From the NCBI GenBank assembly GCA_029856155.1, contig JAHQWL010000083.1, positions 1 through 64,000 of the forward strand: a stretch of DNA of 64,000 bases. Direction: 5' to 3'. The notes beneath the pieces are model-generated. The model saw only the letters and a program-made list of their open reading frames with translations. It had not been told where the DNA came from and did no database searches. Origin of the DNA: Promethearchaeia archaeon. GTDB taxonomy: Archaea > Asgardarchaeota > Lokiarchaeia > Sigyniarchaeales > SOKP01. Position numbers and translations under genes: made by a program. Shown piece after piece: positions 48,187 through 59,037 of the stretch (position 1 is its first letter; every line of letters starts with the position of its first letter).

Positions 48187-49200
48187 TCATACTTCTTCAG
48201 TAAAAACAAAACGTTTAATCATTTGTAAAGCGAGCATTTTAAATGCATCATTTATATTCTCCCCTGTTTTGGCCGAAGTTTCAATATATGAAAGGTTCAA
48301 TTTTTCTGCGAGTTCTTCTCCTTGCTCAAGCAATACAACACGTTGATCTTCTAGATCTATTTTATTTCCCACCACGATTAGTGAAATTGTTGAAGAAACC
48401 TCCTTAATTTCATTGAACCATTTCTCTAATTTATCGAAGGTTTCTTTACGAGTTACATCAAAAACTAAAATACCTGCTTCGGCATTTCCTAGATATGTTT
48501 GCCTTACACGTTTAAATTGCGCTTGACCTGCTAAATCCCAGATAACAAAACGTACTTTTGATTCCAAACCTTGAAAATCGCACTCTTTTTTCATTATGGA
48601 TGTTCCAATTGTGGATTTATAATCAGTCTGAAACGCATCCTCAACAAATCGATGGACCATACTGGTTTTTCCGACACCACCTTCGCCACCAAGGATTAAT
48701 TTGAACGCATATTCTCCTGATTGTATCTTGATTTGCTGTAATTTATCAATTTTTCTTTCAATCTTTGTTGTTTCTTTTTCTGTGAATAATTTAGGAATTA
48801 CAGGACTTACAGTTCTTCCATCAAATATTCTGGCAATTTTTTCTGCTGCTAAATATGCATATGGAAAAATAGGATCTACCATGGCAATAGAATTCAAAAC
48901 GGTTACAAAAATTGCTTCGGGACCAGCTTCGCAAAAAATAAATCTTTGTTCTTCTGTATCGAAAGTCCCAGTTCCAAAAGATCCAGAACTAAATTCCTCT
49001 GTAATTCTGGTTAAAACGGGTTCTACTAATGCACTCACCCCACCAATTACATCTTCTTCTACATCTTGATCTAATGATCCTTTTAATGCAGACATTACTA
49101 ACCCTTCTCGATTTACAATGAGAGCAGCGATTAAGTTTTCTCCAACTTCTTGCTTATACCATTTTAGAAGTGCTTCAAGCTTATCTCGATCGACTGACAT
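48187..49200 (-). CDS. Roadblock/LC7-like domain fused to Rab-like small GTPase
   Basis: N-terminal LIVNREGLVMS roadblock-type pattern; C-terminal GEGGVGKTS, WDLAGQ, GNKID, ETSAK. Confidence 0.88.
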   Translation of the reverse strand: MSVDRDKLEALLKWYKQEVGENLIAALIVNREGLVMSALKGSLDQDVEEDVIGGVSALVEPVLTRITEEFSSGSFGTGTFDTEEQRFIFCEAGPEAIFVTVLNSIAMVDPIFPYAYLAAEKIARIFDGRTVSPVIPKLFTEKETTKIERKIDKLQQIKIQSGEYAFKLILGGEGGVGKTSMVHRFVEDAFQTDYKSTIGTSIMKKECDFQGLESKVRFVIWDLAGQAQFKRVRQTYLGNAEAGILVFDVTRKETFDKLEKWFNEIKEVSSTISLIVVGNKIDLEDQRVVLLEQGEELAEKLNLSYIETSAKTGENINDAFKMLALQMIKRFVFTEEV

Positions 49201-49544
49201 GAATCCGATAACCTTTGTACTTTGTTTTCTAATGTATAATAAATAAACTAAAATATATTATTTAATATAATAGATTTGTTATTAAAATTTATAGAATCCG
49301 ATAAAATTCAAAGAATTTAGAATTTAAGATTATCGTTAATAAAAATAAAACATACTCATGATTCATTCATTTTAAAGAAAGATCAAATATCATTTTCCCT
49401 TGAGGGTTAGAAATTGCACTCTTATTTTTTATTTTGATTTATTAATTAAAGATAATAAGGAAATAAAATTTTAAAAATTAAAATCATTATCATTAATCAA
49501 GTCCTCAACGGGAAACATACTAGTAAAAAAAGAATTTTATCATC

Positions 49545-49687
49545 GCAGGAGTTGCCAAGCCTGGTCTACGGCGCTAGAATATTGTACTTTTGTGCTTTTA
49601 TGGCGTTACTGAGGTTCTAGTGACATAGGTCTTCGAAGGAAATATCTCCTCGACCTAAATTCGTGGGTTCGAATCCCACCTCCTGCA
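49545..49687 (+). tRNA. tRNA-Leu(GAG) with two introns (49578-49607 at 30/31; 49632-49659 in the variable arm)
   Basis: GCAGGAG/CTCCTGC acceptor; spliced CTAGA-CTGAGGT-TCTAG; spliced variable arm TGACATAGGTCTTC; GTGGG-TTCGAAT-CCCAC. Confidence 0.9.
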
Positions 49688-49929
49688 TACTATACTTTTA
49701 AATAATAGAATTGAATCTGTAGAAGTATTGAAAGAAAACATTGAAATCCCTAAATTTTTATATTAATACTTATTGAATTAAAACGTGGATTTGTCAATTT
49801 TAATTTTAAAAACTTATTTTATTTAACTTAATATTATGATATATTTGATTTCTATAGCAGAACCATTTAAATTGAGATCCATTTTTCTAATTAATAAATA
49901 ATAATAAAATTAAATAAAATATTCTATAA

Positions 49930-51159
49930 GTGATTTTGATTTCAAGTTTACACTTAAAAAATGCCCCAAACACAATGAAGCACATAAATGCTTTGGCTTT
50001 TAACCGAACAGCTTCATCTACTGGAGAGACAGAAGCATTAAATTATATAGCAAACGAATTAGAACAGAATAATATTAAACCAGAAATTGAACATTTTAAT
50101 TGGACAGGCCCACTGAAAATACTTATAAGAGTGAGTTATATTCTTATAATTATCAATTTTTTAGTTTTCCGTATGATCCTAATTGTCATAGCTTATTTCA
50201 TTCTAAAAAATATGTCTGCAAAATTACGTAATATTTCATTTATAAAGACAGAGAAATCAAAAAATATATTTACGTTAATATCCGCTAAAGAAAAAGCACC
50301 TAATCGACCATTAGTTATAATTACTGCTCATTATGACTCCGTTTCTGCAAATCTTCCTTTTAATTTGCAAGTTATTATCTTTTTCATTTATAGACTGATA
50401 ATTTTTTTTTATGGAATAATCTTTTTTGTATTTATAGCAATATTTATACTCAATATTTTTGCATTAATCTCTTTCTCTCAGTTTATTATAACTGCAATAG
50501 CTTTTACTTCAAGTAGTGCGATATTTATTTCAATTCCCATCTTATATTTAGTATTTAGAGACCATCCGTCGTCAGGATCAATCGATAATGCAAGTGGAGT
50601 TTCTATATTAATTGAATTGGCAAAGGTTTTCAAAAAAGATCCTCTTGAAAGTACAGATATTCTGATTTTATGGCCTGGAGCCGAAGAATGGGGTTTAAAG
50701 GGCACAAAAAAGTTCTGTAAAACACATTTTAGAAGTCTTAACCAGATATATGATCTTGATAAATCCTTTAATATTAATATTGATATGATTGGCAGTTATA
50801 TTGGGCTTTTAAATAGATCTGGTTTGTTTAGAAAAAAAATAAATCGAAATTTAAATGAAATTTTTGGAGTAATAGCAAAACAATTGAATATTCCCCTAAA
50901 TATATATAACAAAACTTTTAAACCCAACAGTGACTATAAAACCTTCAAGAAATATGCTAGAAAAGTGAGGAGTAAATTTCAAGTAATGTGCTTTCATTCA
51001 AGTAAGGATTCAAAATATATACATTCGTTAAGAGATACACCTGACAAATGTTCTTTAGAAAATCTAAATGGGTGTTTAAATATATGTCATCACGCATTAA
51101 GAAGTATTGATTTAAGTATAGAGGATGTTAAAAAAAGTCAGATAGCTTATGCTGTTTAA
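49930..51159 (+). CDS. Membrane-embedded M28-family peptidase
   Basis: TAHYDS, IDNASGV, GAEEWGL.G, NIDMIG, SDY, IHS..DT; internal TM hairpins. Confidence 0.85.
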   Translation: MILISSLHLKNAPNTMKHINALAFNRTASSTGETEALNYIANELEQNNIKPEIEHFNWTGPLKILIRVSYILIIINFLVFRMILIVIAYFILKNMSAKLRNISFIKTEKSKNIFTLISAKEKAPNRPLVIITAHYDSVSANLPFNLQVIIFFIYRLIIFFYGIIFFVFIAIFILNIFALISFSQFIITAIAFTSSSAIFISIPILYLVFRDHPSSGSIDNASGVSILIELAKVFKKDPLESTDILILWPGAEEWGLKGTKKFCKTHFRSLNQIYDLDKSFNINIDMIGSYIGLLNRSGLFRKKINRNLNEIFGVIAKQLNIPLNIYNKTFKPNSDYKTFKKYARKVRSKFQVMCFHSSKDSKYIHSLRDTPDKCSLENLNGCLNICHHALRSIDLSIEDVKKSQIAYAV

Positions 51160-54100
51160 TTTTTGGATTATTCGTTAGACTTTCTACGTATTCCTCAATT
51201 AATTCCATACTTTGTTTTGTATAGTTATCTAGATTAAATATTTTAACTAAACTTAAGGCTCGAGGAATGTATTTTTCAATACCCCCGCGATTTACTGTTA
51301 ATATTATTCTATTTCCGCATTTAGGGCATTTAACGCCGTTTGATAAGGGAGGACGCCTGTATTTTTCATTGCATTTAACACAACGAAAATTTTGGACTGA
51401 AAATTTTCTTAAATTACCAAGAATATCTGGATTGAAATGAGTAATTAATATTTTTTCAGCTACTTTCTTTGCATTAACAGGTTTGATGATTTTTGCAAGT
51501 TGTAGTTGAGCTTCAATCTTATCATCCATAGTTTCATATAATTTGTAGGCAGTAGTTTTAGGGCCTTCATTAATATCATCAGTTGGAATATTATAACCAA
51601 TATTTTCATACTGTTCTGCTGTACCTAAACGATTTTTAACTAGGTTCATTATTGGTTCTATTTCTGATGGCGAACAATACCGTTCAGTTGCTTCATAAAA
51701 CCCTAAAGGATATTTAAATAATGTATCTATATTATGTGCTTCCACATCAATCTCATTAGGGTCAATCTTTGTACCAATTACTAAAGTTGCATCCATCCGA
51801 CCTCCTATTTTACTTGGAAGATAATGTCTGGAAAAATTTAATAAAGGATCTAAAAGTAACATAACCCCGTCTTCATCCCCATCACAATTTCTTCTCTTTG
51901 CAGCATGCCAATAAGGATGGGCATAAATTGATCGAGCTGGAGTAAACCCAATTATTCTCCCTATAATTCCAGCACTCGTATGAGGAGCTAAACCCACAAC
52001 TAAATGTCCTATTAAATCTTCTTTAACGGATACATTATAAAAGCACTTCAGTTTATAAAACAACTCTAATTCTTCATCTAAGAACTTTGCTACTTTTATA
52101 AAATATTTAGCACAATCATCAGATAGAATCACATCTTGAACTTTCAGTTCTAAAACTTGATTTTCATTATTGAGAGGATCTTTATACTGATCGGTCTCAT
52201 ATCCTAATTTTTTTAATGTATTAATTGATGTACCAATTTCATTTGGCTTGAAATGAGTTAACGGTATATCTGTCGCATCATATCTTATCTCAGCTGTTTT
52301 ATAAACTAAAACCTCATTTTTTGCTCTTAGGATTCCTTTTTCAAGTGGTTCTGGAACTTTATATTCATTACTTAATCCAATAATACCTTTTATTTTTTTA
52401 GGTAATTGCATATTAAATGCTTTTAATATTGAGTTTACATATTTTTTCATGTTAAATTTAGCTTCACTTGAGGTTTTAAGAGTCTCCTGGCACTTTGAGC
52501 ATTTTTCCTCAAATGTTGGATATAATAATTTGCATCGTGAACAGATTTTTTGTAGTTCAGTATGAGCTCCACAAGCCGGACAAATATTAAAGATGCCCGA
52601 CATCCCACAATTCATACATTTTTTTCTGCATACATCGATTCTGACTTTACCAGTTTCTACAACGTTATTTTTATTACTAAAATTGGATGCCGTCCTTTTT
52701 TTAGATCCAAATTCATTTTCATTGTTTTTTTTAATATTAGATACTATAGCTTTTTCAAGTAACCTTGAACTGCCAACAACATCACTTAAAGGAAATAATG
52801 TATGAACCCCTTTCATACTTTTTCTTTCTGATTTTTCTGGTCTTCCCATACGTGAACCCATATAATATGGTGCCTTATTTTTTATTTTGAGTGAACAATT
52901 CTTATAAAAATATTTGAAAACATCATCATTCTTTTCAATTTTTATAGGGTTTTTATCTTTTAAGTTAAAAATTGTTTTATAAATGAGACTCATTGTTTTA
53001 CTAAATACTATTTTATTATCTTTTACTCTATGACATACAAATGCTTTTTCTAAAATTTTTTTTATCGATTTCTCATAATTTAACTTGATATTTCGTTCAG
53101 ATTCAGAGAAACTCTTAATTAACGTAGTTCGTAATAAATCCAATTCTTCTAATGTAATATTCCCCCAGAAATCCAAATATGCAGGATGTAAGGGAATATC
53201 AAATCTTTTTGAAATTTGAATTGCTTCCTCTGCTGTAGGAATATTTTTAAAAGGATTTTTAATAAATAATTGTAGTTGCTTATCACTTTTTTCTAGGTTA
53301 ATAACAGATTTTTCCAATTCTAAAGCCCACCACTCTTCTACATATCCAGAGGGTATTAATAGATGGTTATTTTCGGTAAATTCACCATATCCAAACAATA
53401 TATCGCCAATAAATAATATTTTTTTAATTTCAGGAAAAATCTGCTTAGCTTTTTTGATGCTTGAGACTTTTATTACATCTCCATTTTTCAGTTTTACTAT
53501 TGGCGGTTCAATCCCATCCACGGGACATATACTTGTACTTTTTCCTGGACGTTCAATTCTCAATTGTGTTCCAATTGCTACAAAATCATCTAAAACAGCC
53601 ATTGTGGCCGGATGCATCCCTCCTGCTGCTAATCCTGTATTTCTAGATCGCCCATATCTTATTCTATGCCCGCCTACTTCTGAAGGATGGCTGAAAACTG
53701 GTCGCCCTGCAATAATATCAGCAACAAATTTAGAATTTGGGGTGATTTTTGCCTCATTTTTTTTCTCACTTTTTTCTTCTTTCTCTTGTTTATCTTGTTT
53801 CTGAGCAATTTTTTTTAATTCCTCAAGCCAGTCCCAACCCTCTAATTTCATAGCCTTAGCAATCTTAAGTAATTTTGGTGCTTTAAGAAGAATACCATCG
53901 TTTAAAACCAAACAAGCGCCCCCTCTAACGTTATTTGTTTCAATCCTAGGTAGATCCCTAAATGCAGAAACTTCTTCGTCTTCAGTTGCATCACCATTTA
54001 TTTCTACTGGTAGTCGATTCACAGCATATCGAATTTCTTGGTTAGATGAAGGGTATTGTAAATGTACTATTCTGTCATATAATTTAACCTCCTCAACATA

Positions 54101-54649
54101 TCTACCAATTTCAGCTTCAGATGCTTCATATTTCGGAATATTTGATTTTTTTCTTACATAATCAGCAATCAGTACACAAAGTGCAGCGGTTGTTCCCCCG
54201 GCAGCTCGAATTGGTCCTGCAAAGTAGAGAGATAGATACTTTCTGCCAAAATTATCTTTTCGAATTAAAATTTTAGAAATTCCTTCAAGTGGAGCACTTA
54301 CAACACCCATTGTTTTGATAGCTAATCCTATTCTTATTGCTCTATCTACTCGAGCCCCTAAAGAATCAATTTTACCAATTTTTTTATCTAAAATATCAGC
54401 AACTACTTTGAATACAAGCTCATCCTCAGTCAATCCTTTTATTTTTAAATCCCGTATTACATCTGCAACACCCAATGGCCCTACAAGTTTTTCTACTCGT
54501 CCAGCTAAATCTTTTGCTTGGGGAGATTCCACCTCTAATTCAGGATCGAAGCCTTTTTGCCGTGCTTGCTCAGCAATTGAATAGCATTCATTAACTTGCT
54601 TTTGAATTTGATTAAAGTATATTTCCATAGCTCTACTCATGTCTGACAT
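51128..54649 (-). CDS. polC: DNA polymerase D large subunit DP2 (no intein)
   Basis: GPIRAAGGT, RYGRSRNTG, RMGRPEK, HAAKRRNCDGDED, C-terminal PIP-like QHKLSDFF. Confidence 0.97.
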   Translation of the reverse strand: MSDMSRAMEIYFNQIQKQVNECYSIAEQARQKGFDPELEVESPQAKDLAGRVEKLVGPLGVADVIRDLKIKGLTEDELVFKVVADILDKKIGKIDSLGARVDRAIRIGLAIKTMGVVSAPLEGISKILIRKDNFGRKYLSLYFAGPIRAAGGTTAALCVLIADYVRKKSNIPKYEASEAEIGRYVEEVKLYDRIVHLQYPSSNQEIRYAVNRLPVEINGDATEDEEVSAFRDLPRIETNNVRGGACLVLNDGILLKAPKLLKIAKAMKLEGWDWLEELKKIAQKQDKQEKEEKSEKKNEAKITPNSKFVADIIAGRPVFSHPSEVGGHRIRYGRSRNTGLAAGGMHPATMAVLDDFVAIGTQLRIERPGKSTSICPVDGIEPPIVKLKNGDVIKVSSIKKAKQIFPEIKKILFIGDILFGYGEFTENNHLLIPSGYVEEWWALELEKSVINLEKSDKQLQLFIKNPFKNIPTAEEAIQISKRFDIPLHPAYLDFWGNITLEELDLLRTTLIKSFSESERNIKLNYEKSIKKILEKAFVCHRVKDNKIVFSKTMSLIYKTIFNLKDKNPIKIEKNDDVFKYFYKNCSLKIKNKAPYYMGSRMGRPEKSERKSMKGVHTLFPLSDVVGSSRLLEKAIVSNIKKNNENEFGSKKRTASNFSNKNNVVETGKVRIDVCRKKCMNCGMSGIFNICPACGAHTELQKICSRCKLLYPTFEEKCSKCQETLKTSSEAKFNMKKYVNSILKAFNMQLPKKIKGIIGLSNEYKVPEPLEKGILRAKNEVLVYKTAEIRYDATDIPLTHFKPNEIGTSINTLKKLGYETDQYKDPLNNENQVLELKVQDVILSDDCAKYFIKVAKFLDEELELFYKLKCFYNVSVKEDLIGHLVVGLAPHTSAGIIGRIIGFTPARSIYAHPYWHAAKRRNCDGDEDGVMLLLDPLLNFSRHYLPSKIGGRMDATLVIGTKIDPNEIDVEAHNIDTLFKYPLGFYEATERYCSPSEIEPIMNLVKNRLGTAEQYENIGYNIPTDDINEGPKTTAYKLYETMDDKIEAQLQLAKIIKPVNAKKVAEKILITHFNPDILGNLRKFSVQNFRCVKCNEKYRRPPLSNGVKCPKCGNRIILTVNRGGIEKYIPRALSLVKIFNLDNYTKQSMELIEEYVESLTNNPKIKQHKLSDFF

Positions 54650-54889
54650 AAACTGACCTATTTTTAAAATTGAAAAAAACTAATTTAATAAAACTTAGAA
54701 TTAATATTCTTATTTTTATGAATTAAATTAAATTCATTTATTAATCAGCTATTTCATTTATAAAATTATAGAGAATGCTAATTTTCTACACTCTTTGCTT
54801 ATAAAAATAAAGATGTTTTTCCTTTAATAATAAATGATTTATTTAATTTCCTCAATAATTATTATAATTCCATTTTAGATTGTAGAATA

Positions 54890-56683
54890 TTGAAAACCGA
54901 TATTATAAGTGAAAAAAAAGTCATTATCAAAGAATTGGTCAATTCTGGCATCAATATAACACCATCAATTCTAGATTTTCTTATAAATTTAGAGGAACCC
55001 TTAAAGAAAGTAAAATTAATTATTAAAAATGTTAGTTTTCTCCCTAATTTTGATGGTCATTTAACAAAAGATATTTTAAAGAAAATTTCAAACGAAGAAT
55101 TAAGCAAGTCATTAAAAACAGTCTTATTAAAAGAAGTAAGTTCAGAAGCAATTCAAGACAAAGATTTAAGAGAAAATGGTAAAACTGAGTTGCTAAACCC
55201 ACTAAGTATGATAGATAATGAAAATTTCAACACAAAAACTCATGAAAAATCTGAAGATGCAGTTCAACTTAAGAATCAATTAGAAATTAATGAGGATCCC
55301 CTATTCTTAAATAATCTTAATAACGATTCGCTTAAAATCATGAAGAAGAATACCCTAAAAGTTACTCCTTTTGAAAGTTCGAAATCAACGGTAGGATTTA
55401 AGCCAATAGCAAAAAATTTTGACTTTCATTATGAAATTTTAAAAGATCCTACTGGAAAACTCTATACCAACGGAGCCTATGAAGATTTTTACAATTTAAC
55501 TCTGGATAAATTCAATAAACTTCGGAATCTAATCAAAAAAAGACCAGAAGTACTTTCAGCTAATAATATTAACAATATTTTAAGATTAACTACTAAAGTA
55601 GAAGTTTCTGCGATAGGAATGGTTAATCAAATTCGGAAGACTAAAAACGGTAATTTTTTTTTAACATTGGAAGATCAAACTAATTTGGTTAATATCATAA
55701 TTCGTAAAGATTCAGAAAACCAAGATGTTGTAAAAATAGCGGAAAGAACTCTTAATGATCAAATGATTTATATCGAAGGTACTTACAATCCAGGAGAAAG
55801 AGGTAAAAGTGGGATAATTTATTGCAATTATATATCAAAAATTGATATCCCAAGGAATAATATACCAAACAAATCATCAGATCCTTTATCAATTGTTTTG
55901 ATTTCTGATACTCACATCGGTAGTAAAGAATTTGAAGAAAAATTATGGAATAGGTTTATAGATTTCTTAAATGGGAAAATAGGAAATAAGAGTCAAAGAG
56001 ATCAAGCTGGGAGAATTAAATATATAATAATAAATGGTGATCTCGTTGATGGTATCGGAGTATATCCTACCCAAAAGGATGATCTTAACATACCGGATAT
56101 CTATAACCAATTTAATAAAGCTGCAGAAATGCTTTCAAGCATTCCAGATTATATAAAAATTTTCTATAGCTCAGGAAACCATGAACCAGTAAGGAATGCA
56201 ATTCCTAGACCCGCGGTACCAAAGAAATATTCAGCAGAACTTATAAATAGTGGTGTTATTTGTATAGGAAATCCCTCACTTATTCAAACGCACAATGTAA
56301 ATACATTAATTTTTCATGGTGATAGTATTCTTGATTTAAATATGCTGATACCAGGTTTAGAAAACAATAAACCAGTAGAAACAATGAAAGAACTCTTGAT
56401 ATGTAGACATTTAGCTCCAATATACGGAAAGAAAACTCAAATAGCACCCACAAATAAAGATTGGCTTGTAATTGATAATATTCCAGACATCTTTCACACA
56501 GGACATATTCATATTAATGGAATGGATTATTATAATAATATTGCATTAGTTAATTCTGGTTGTTTTCAAAGTCAAACAGATTTTATGAATTCTTTAGGAA
56601 TACATCCAACTCCCGGTATTTTATCTATAATTGATTTGGATACTTTAAAAGGAACTCAATTAGATTTAAAAAATAATGGTTAA
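54890..56683 (+). CDS. polB: DNA polymerase D small subunit DP1 (proofreading exonuclease)
   Basis: OB fold, ISDTHIGS, GDLVDGIGVYP, GNHE, HG.S, RHLAP, HTGHIH. Confidence 0.95.
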   Translation: MKTDIISEKKVIIKELVNSGINITPSILDFLINLEEPLKKVKLIIKNVSFLPNFDGHLTKDILKKISNEELSKSLKTVLLKEVSSEAIQDKDLRENGKTELLNPLSMIDNENFNTKTHEKSEDAVQLKNQLEINEDPLFLNNLNNDSLKIMKKNTLKVTPFESSKSTVGFKPIAKNFDFHYEILKDPTGKLYTNGAYEDFYNLTLDKFNKLRNLIKKRPEVLSANNINNILRLTTKVEVSAIGMVNQIRKTKNGNFFLTLEDQTNLVNIIIRKDSENQDVVKIAERTLNDQMIYIEGTYNPGERGKSGIIYCNYISKIDIPRNNIPNKSSDPLSIVLISDTHIGSKEFEEKLWNRFIDFLNGKIGNKSQRDQAGRIKYIIINGDLVDGIGVYPTQKDDLNIPDIYNQFNKAAEMLSSIPDYIKIFYSSGNHEPVRNAIPRPAVPKKYSAELINSGVICIGNPSLIQTHNVNTLIFHGDSILDLNMLIPGLENNKPVETMKELLICRHLAPIYGKKTQIAPTNKDWLVIDNIPDIFHTGHIHINGMDYYNNIALVNSGCFQSQTDFMNSLGIHPTPGILSIIDLDTLKGTQLDLKNNG

Positions 56684-56722
56684 TTATTCTTCTTAAAATA
56701 AATATGAACTAAAAAAAATCTT

Positions 56723-57403
56723 ATGAATTTTGCAATTCCTCGTAATGATAATTCAGAAATGTTATTATACATTTGGAAAATAATAGATCTCCCGTTTATA
56801 CTAATTGAAGATTTAATTTACAGAATTGCATTTGATTTATTTATATTACCACCTGAAAGGGCAAATTATTTCATTATAAATTGTATTAAAAATAAACTCC
56901 TTATCAAGGATAATAATTTCGTTAGATTATCAGAGGAGTTAGACCAAAGGTTAAAAAATTGGCAAAAGAAAAGAGAAAATGAAATATTAGGGAAAATTAG
57001 TACTGCTAAAAAAGTTAATCATTTAAAAAATGATATTGATAAAAAACATTCGTCTAAGTTCAGTATTTTAATCAATGCATTTGTAGATAAAGGAACTCTA
57101 AATAGATCTGTAACCATTTCTGATGCTGCATTTGAATTTTTAGAACATGATCGCTCAAAAGGACTTATCACATCAAAAGTCACAGGTACAAAAGAAGAAT
57201 CTTATTTTATAGAAATAGATACGAATAAAAAGATCTTACGGCACAATTGTCATGATTTCGAGGAAAGAAGAGCTCAAAATAAGAAGTTCTGTAAACATAT
57301 AACAAAACTTTTCTTACTATTAAAAGAGAAAAACCATGATTCCGCTGAATTTTTTCTTAATCAATTAGCTGAAGAAATAGATAAATGGGAATTTACTAAT
57401 TAA
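56723..57403 (+). CDS. Protein with N-terminal DUF2240-like helical domain and SWIM-like zinc finger
   Basis: HNCHDF...KFCKHI matches the SWIM CxCx(n)CxH motif with first Cys replaced by His. Confidence 0.65.
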   Translation: MNFAIPRNDNSEMLLYIWKIIDLPFILIEDLIYRIAFDLFILPPERANYFIINCIKNKLLIKDNNFVRLSEELDQRLKNWQKKRENEILGKISTAKKVNHLKNDIDKKHSSKFSILINAFVDKGTLNRSVTISDAAFEFLEHDRSKGLITSKVTGTKEESYFIEIDTNKKILRHNCHDFEERRAQNKKFCKHITKLFLLLKEKNHDSAEFFLNQLAEEIDKWEFTN

Positions 57404-58707
57404 ATAAGCTTTTTAAATATGTTGTTTTTTAATTTAACTTTATCGGTTTGTAAAAATACTGGTTTATAATTCATAATACCATGAATTTTGTCAATCTTTG
57501 ATAAAACATTTTCTATTAGTTCCATACCAATATCAAATTTAATTATTTTGGTTCTTCCATAATGTCCCATAGATTTAACCTCTGCTGATATTATTCCTGC
57601 TAATGATAACTCGTTAATATAATCACTAATTCTCCTTTTTGTTAATTGTCTAACTCCTGGTATCAAACCTCTAATCTCTGAGTGAACATCATAAATATCT
57701 CCAGAAATAATAACATAATCCGGACTAAATCTTGAAATTAGATAAATTGATGCAATAATCAATTGAGCTTGGAGTGGCATACCTTTTATGTACTCCATAA
57801 TGTGATCATTTTCTAAATCTCCTTGAGCTTTTTCTACATGCTTAGCTGTGACAATTTTGTTTTGATCTCTTTCAGCTAATTCACCTGCCTTCCTTAATAA
57901 TTGTAGTGCTTTTCTAGCATCTCCATTTTCTTTTGCAGCGAGAGCAGCACATAAAGGAATAACTTCTTCCTTTAAAACACCATCCTGAAAAGTTATTTTA
58001 GCTCTTTCAATTAAGATATCTCTCAACTCACTTGCATCATAAGATGGAAAGACAATATGTTCCTCACCTAAACTCGATATTATTCGAGGATCCAAATTCT
58101 CTCTGAATTTCAATTTATTCGATATTCCAATGATACTCGTTTTACTATTATCTAAGTTTTCATTTAATCTTGTTAAATCGTATAAAATTTCATTTCCACC
58201 TTTTTTATCAACCAAAATATCAATTTCATCTAGAACCAAAAAGCAAATTGAATTACCAACCCTCGAATCTAATAACCCAAGCAATTTTTTAAAGATTATA
58301 TCCTTTGGAAGCCCAGTGGGGGGAATCTTCTCCTTTCTCGAAATAGTGTTGTAAATATGAGCTAAAATACGATAAGGTGTTGAAACTACATTACAATTAA
58401 TATAAATCCACCATGGTTTAATTTTTGAGTTCTGTTGCGCTAACTTTTGACTTACATACCTTATAGTTGCTGTTTTCCCCGTTCCTGTCATTCCATAACA
58501 TAAGAAACTGGGGGGGGTATCTCCTAATAAAGCACAAGCAGTCTTTTCTGCAATATTTTTTATCTGAGTATCACGATGAGGTAATTCTCTTGGAATGTAT
58601 GATGATTCCAAAGCATCTCTATTTTTAAAAATTCTTGGACCACTAAGATAGTTTTTATAAAATTTATCGATATTGAATTGAGGATTATTATTATGATTTT
58701 TCAACAA
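57400..58707 (-). CDS. cdc6: Orc1/Cdc6 replication initiator
   Basis: Y.P.ELPHRD, GMTGTGKT, VLDEID, LDPRI.SSL, GDARKA, C-terminal wH with GRT. Confidence 0.95.
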   Translation of the reverse strand: MLKNHNNNPQFNIDKFYKNYLSGPRIFKNRDALESSYIPRELPHRDTQIKNIAEKTACALLGDTPPSFLCYGMTGTGKTATIRYVSQKLAQQNSKIKPWWIYINCNVVSTPYRILAHIYNTISRKEKIPPTGLPKDIIFKKLLGLLDSRVGNSICFLVLDEIDILVDKKGGNEILYDLTRLNENLDNSKTSIIGISNKLKFRENLDPRIISSLGEEHIVFPSYDASELRDILIERAKITFQDGVLKEEVIPLCAALAAKENGDARKALQLLRKAGELAERDQNKIVTAKHVEKAQGDLENDHIMEYIKGMPLQAQLIIASIYLISRFSPDYVIISGDIYDVHSEIRGLIPGVRQLTKRRISDYINELSLAGIISAEVKSMGHYGRTKIIKFDIGMELIENVLSKIDKIHGIMNYKPVFLQTDKVKLKNNIFKKLI

Positions 58708-58744
58708 TTAAGACACCATTGCCCCATTATTTTAATAAAAATGT

Positions 58745-58787
58745 TTCCACTCGAAATTTTAAGATATATTCAATATTTCAATTGCAT
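58745..58787. promoter_or_regulatory. Mini-ORB-like motif(s) upstream of cdc6
   Basis: TTCCACTCGAAA (58745-58756) fits YTNCANNNGAAM; weaker inverted copy TTTCAATTGCAT (58776-58787); followed by ~250 bp very AT-rich DNA. Confidence 0.45.
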
Positions 58788-59037
58788 ATTTAAAATTTTT
58801 TATTAATCTTTAATTTAGTAGAAAAATGTTAAAGCCTTAATAGCTAATTTTGATGAATCTTTTTAATAATTTATAATATTATTGTCGGTATTTTAAAAGA
58901 ATATTATTTATGAAGCAATATTTATTAATTTCTCATTAATAGATTTTTCAATTAAAAAAAATTTAATTCAATTAAATATATGTTTAATTAATTATATTGT
59001 TTGTAAAAAAATAAACCAAATATAGTAAAATTGAGCA

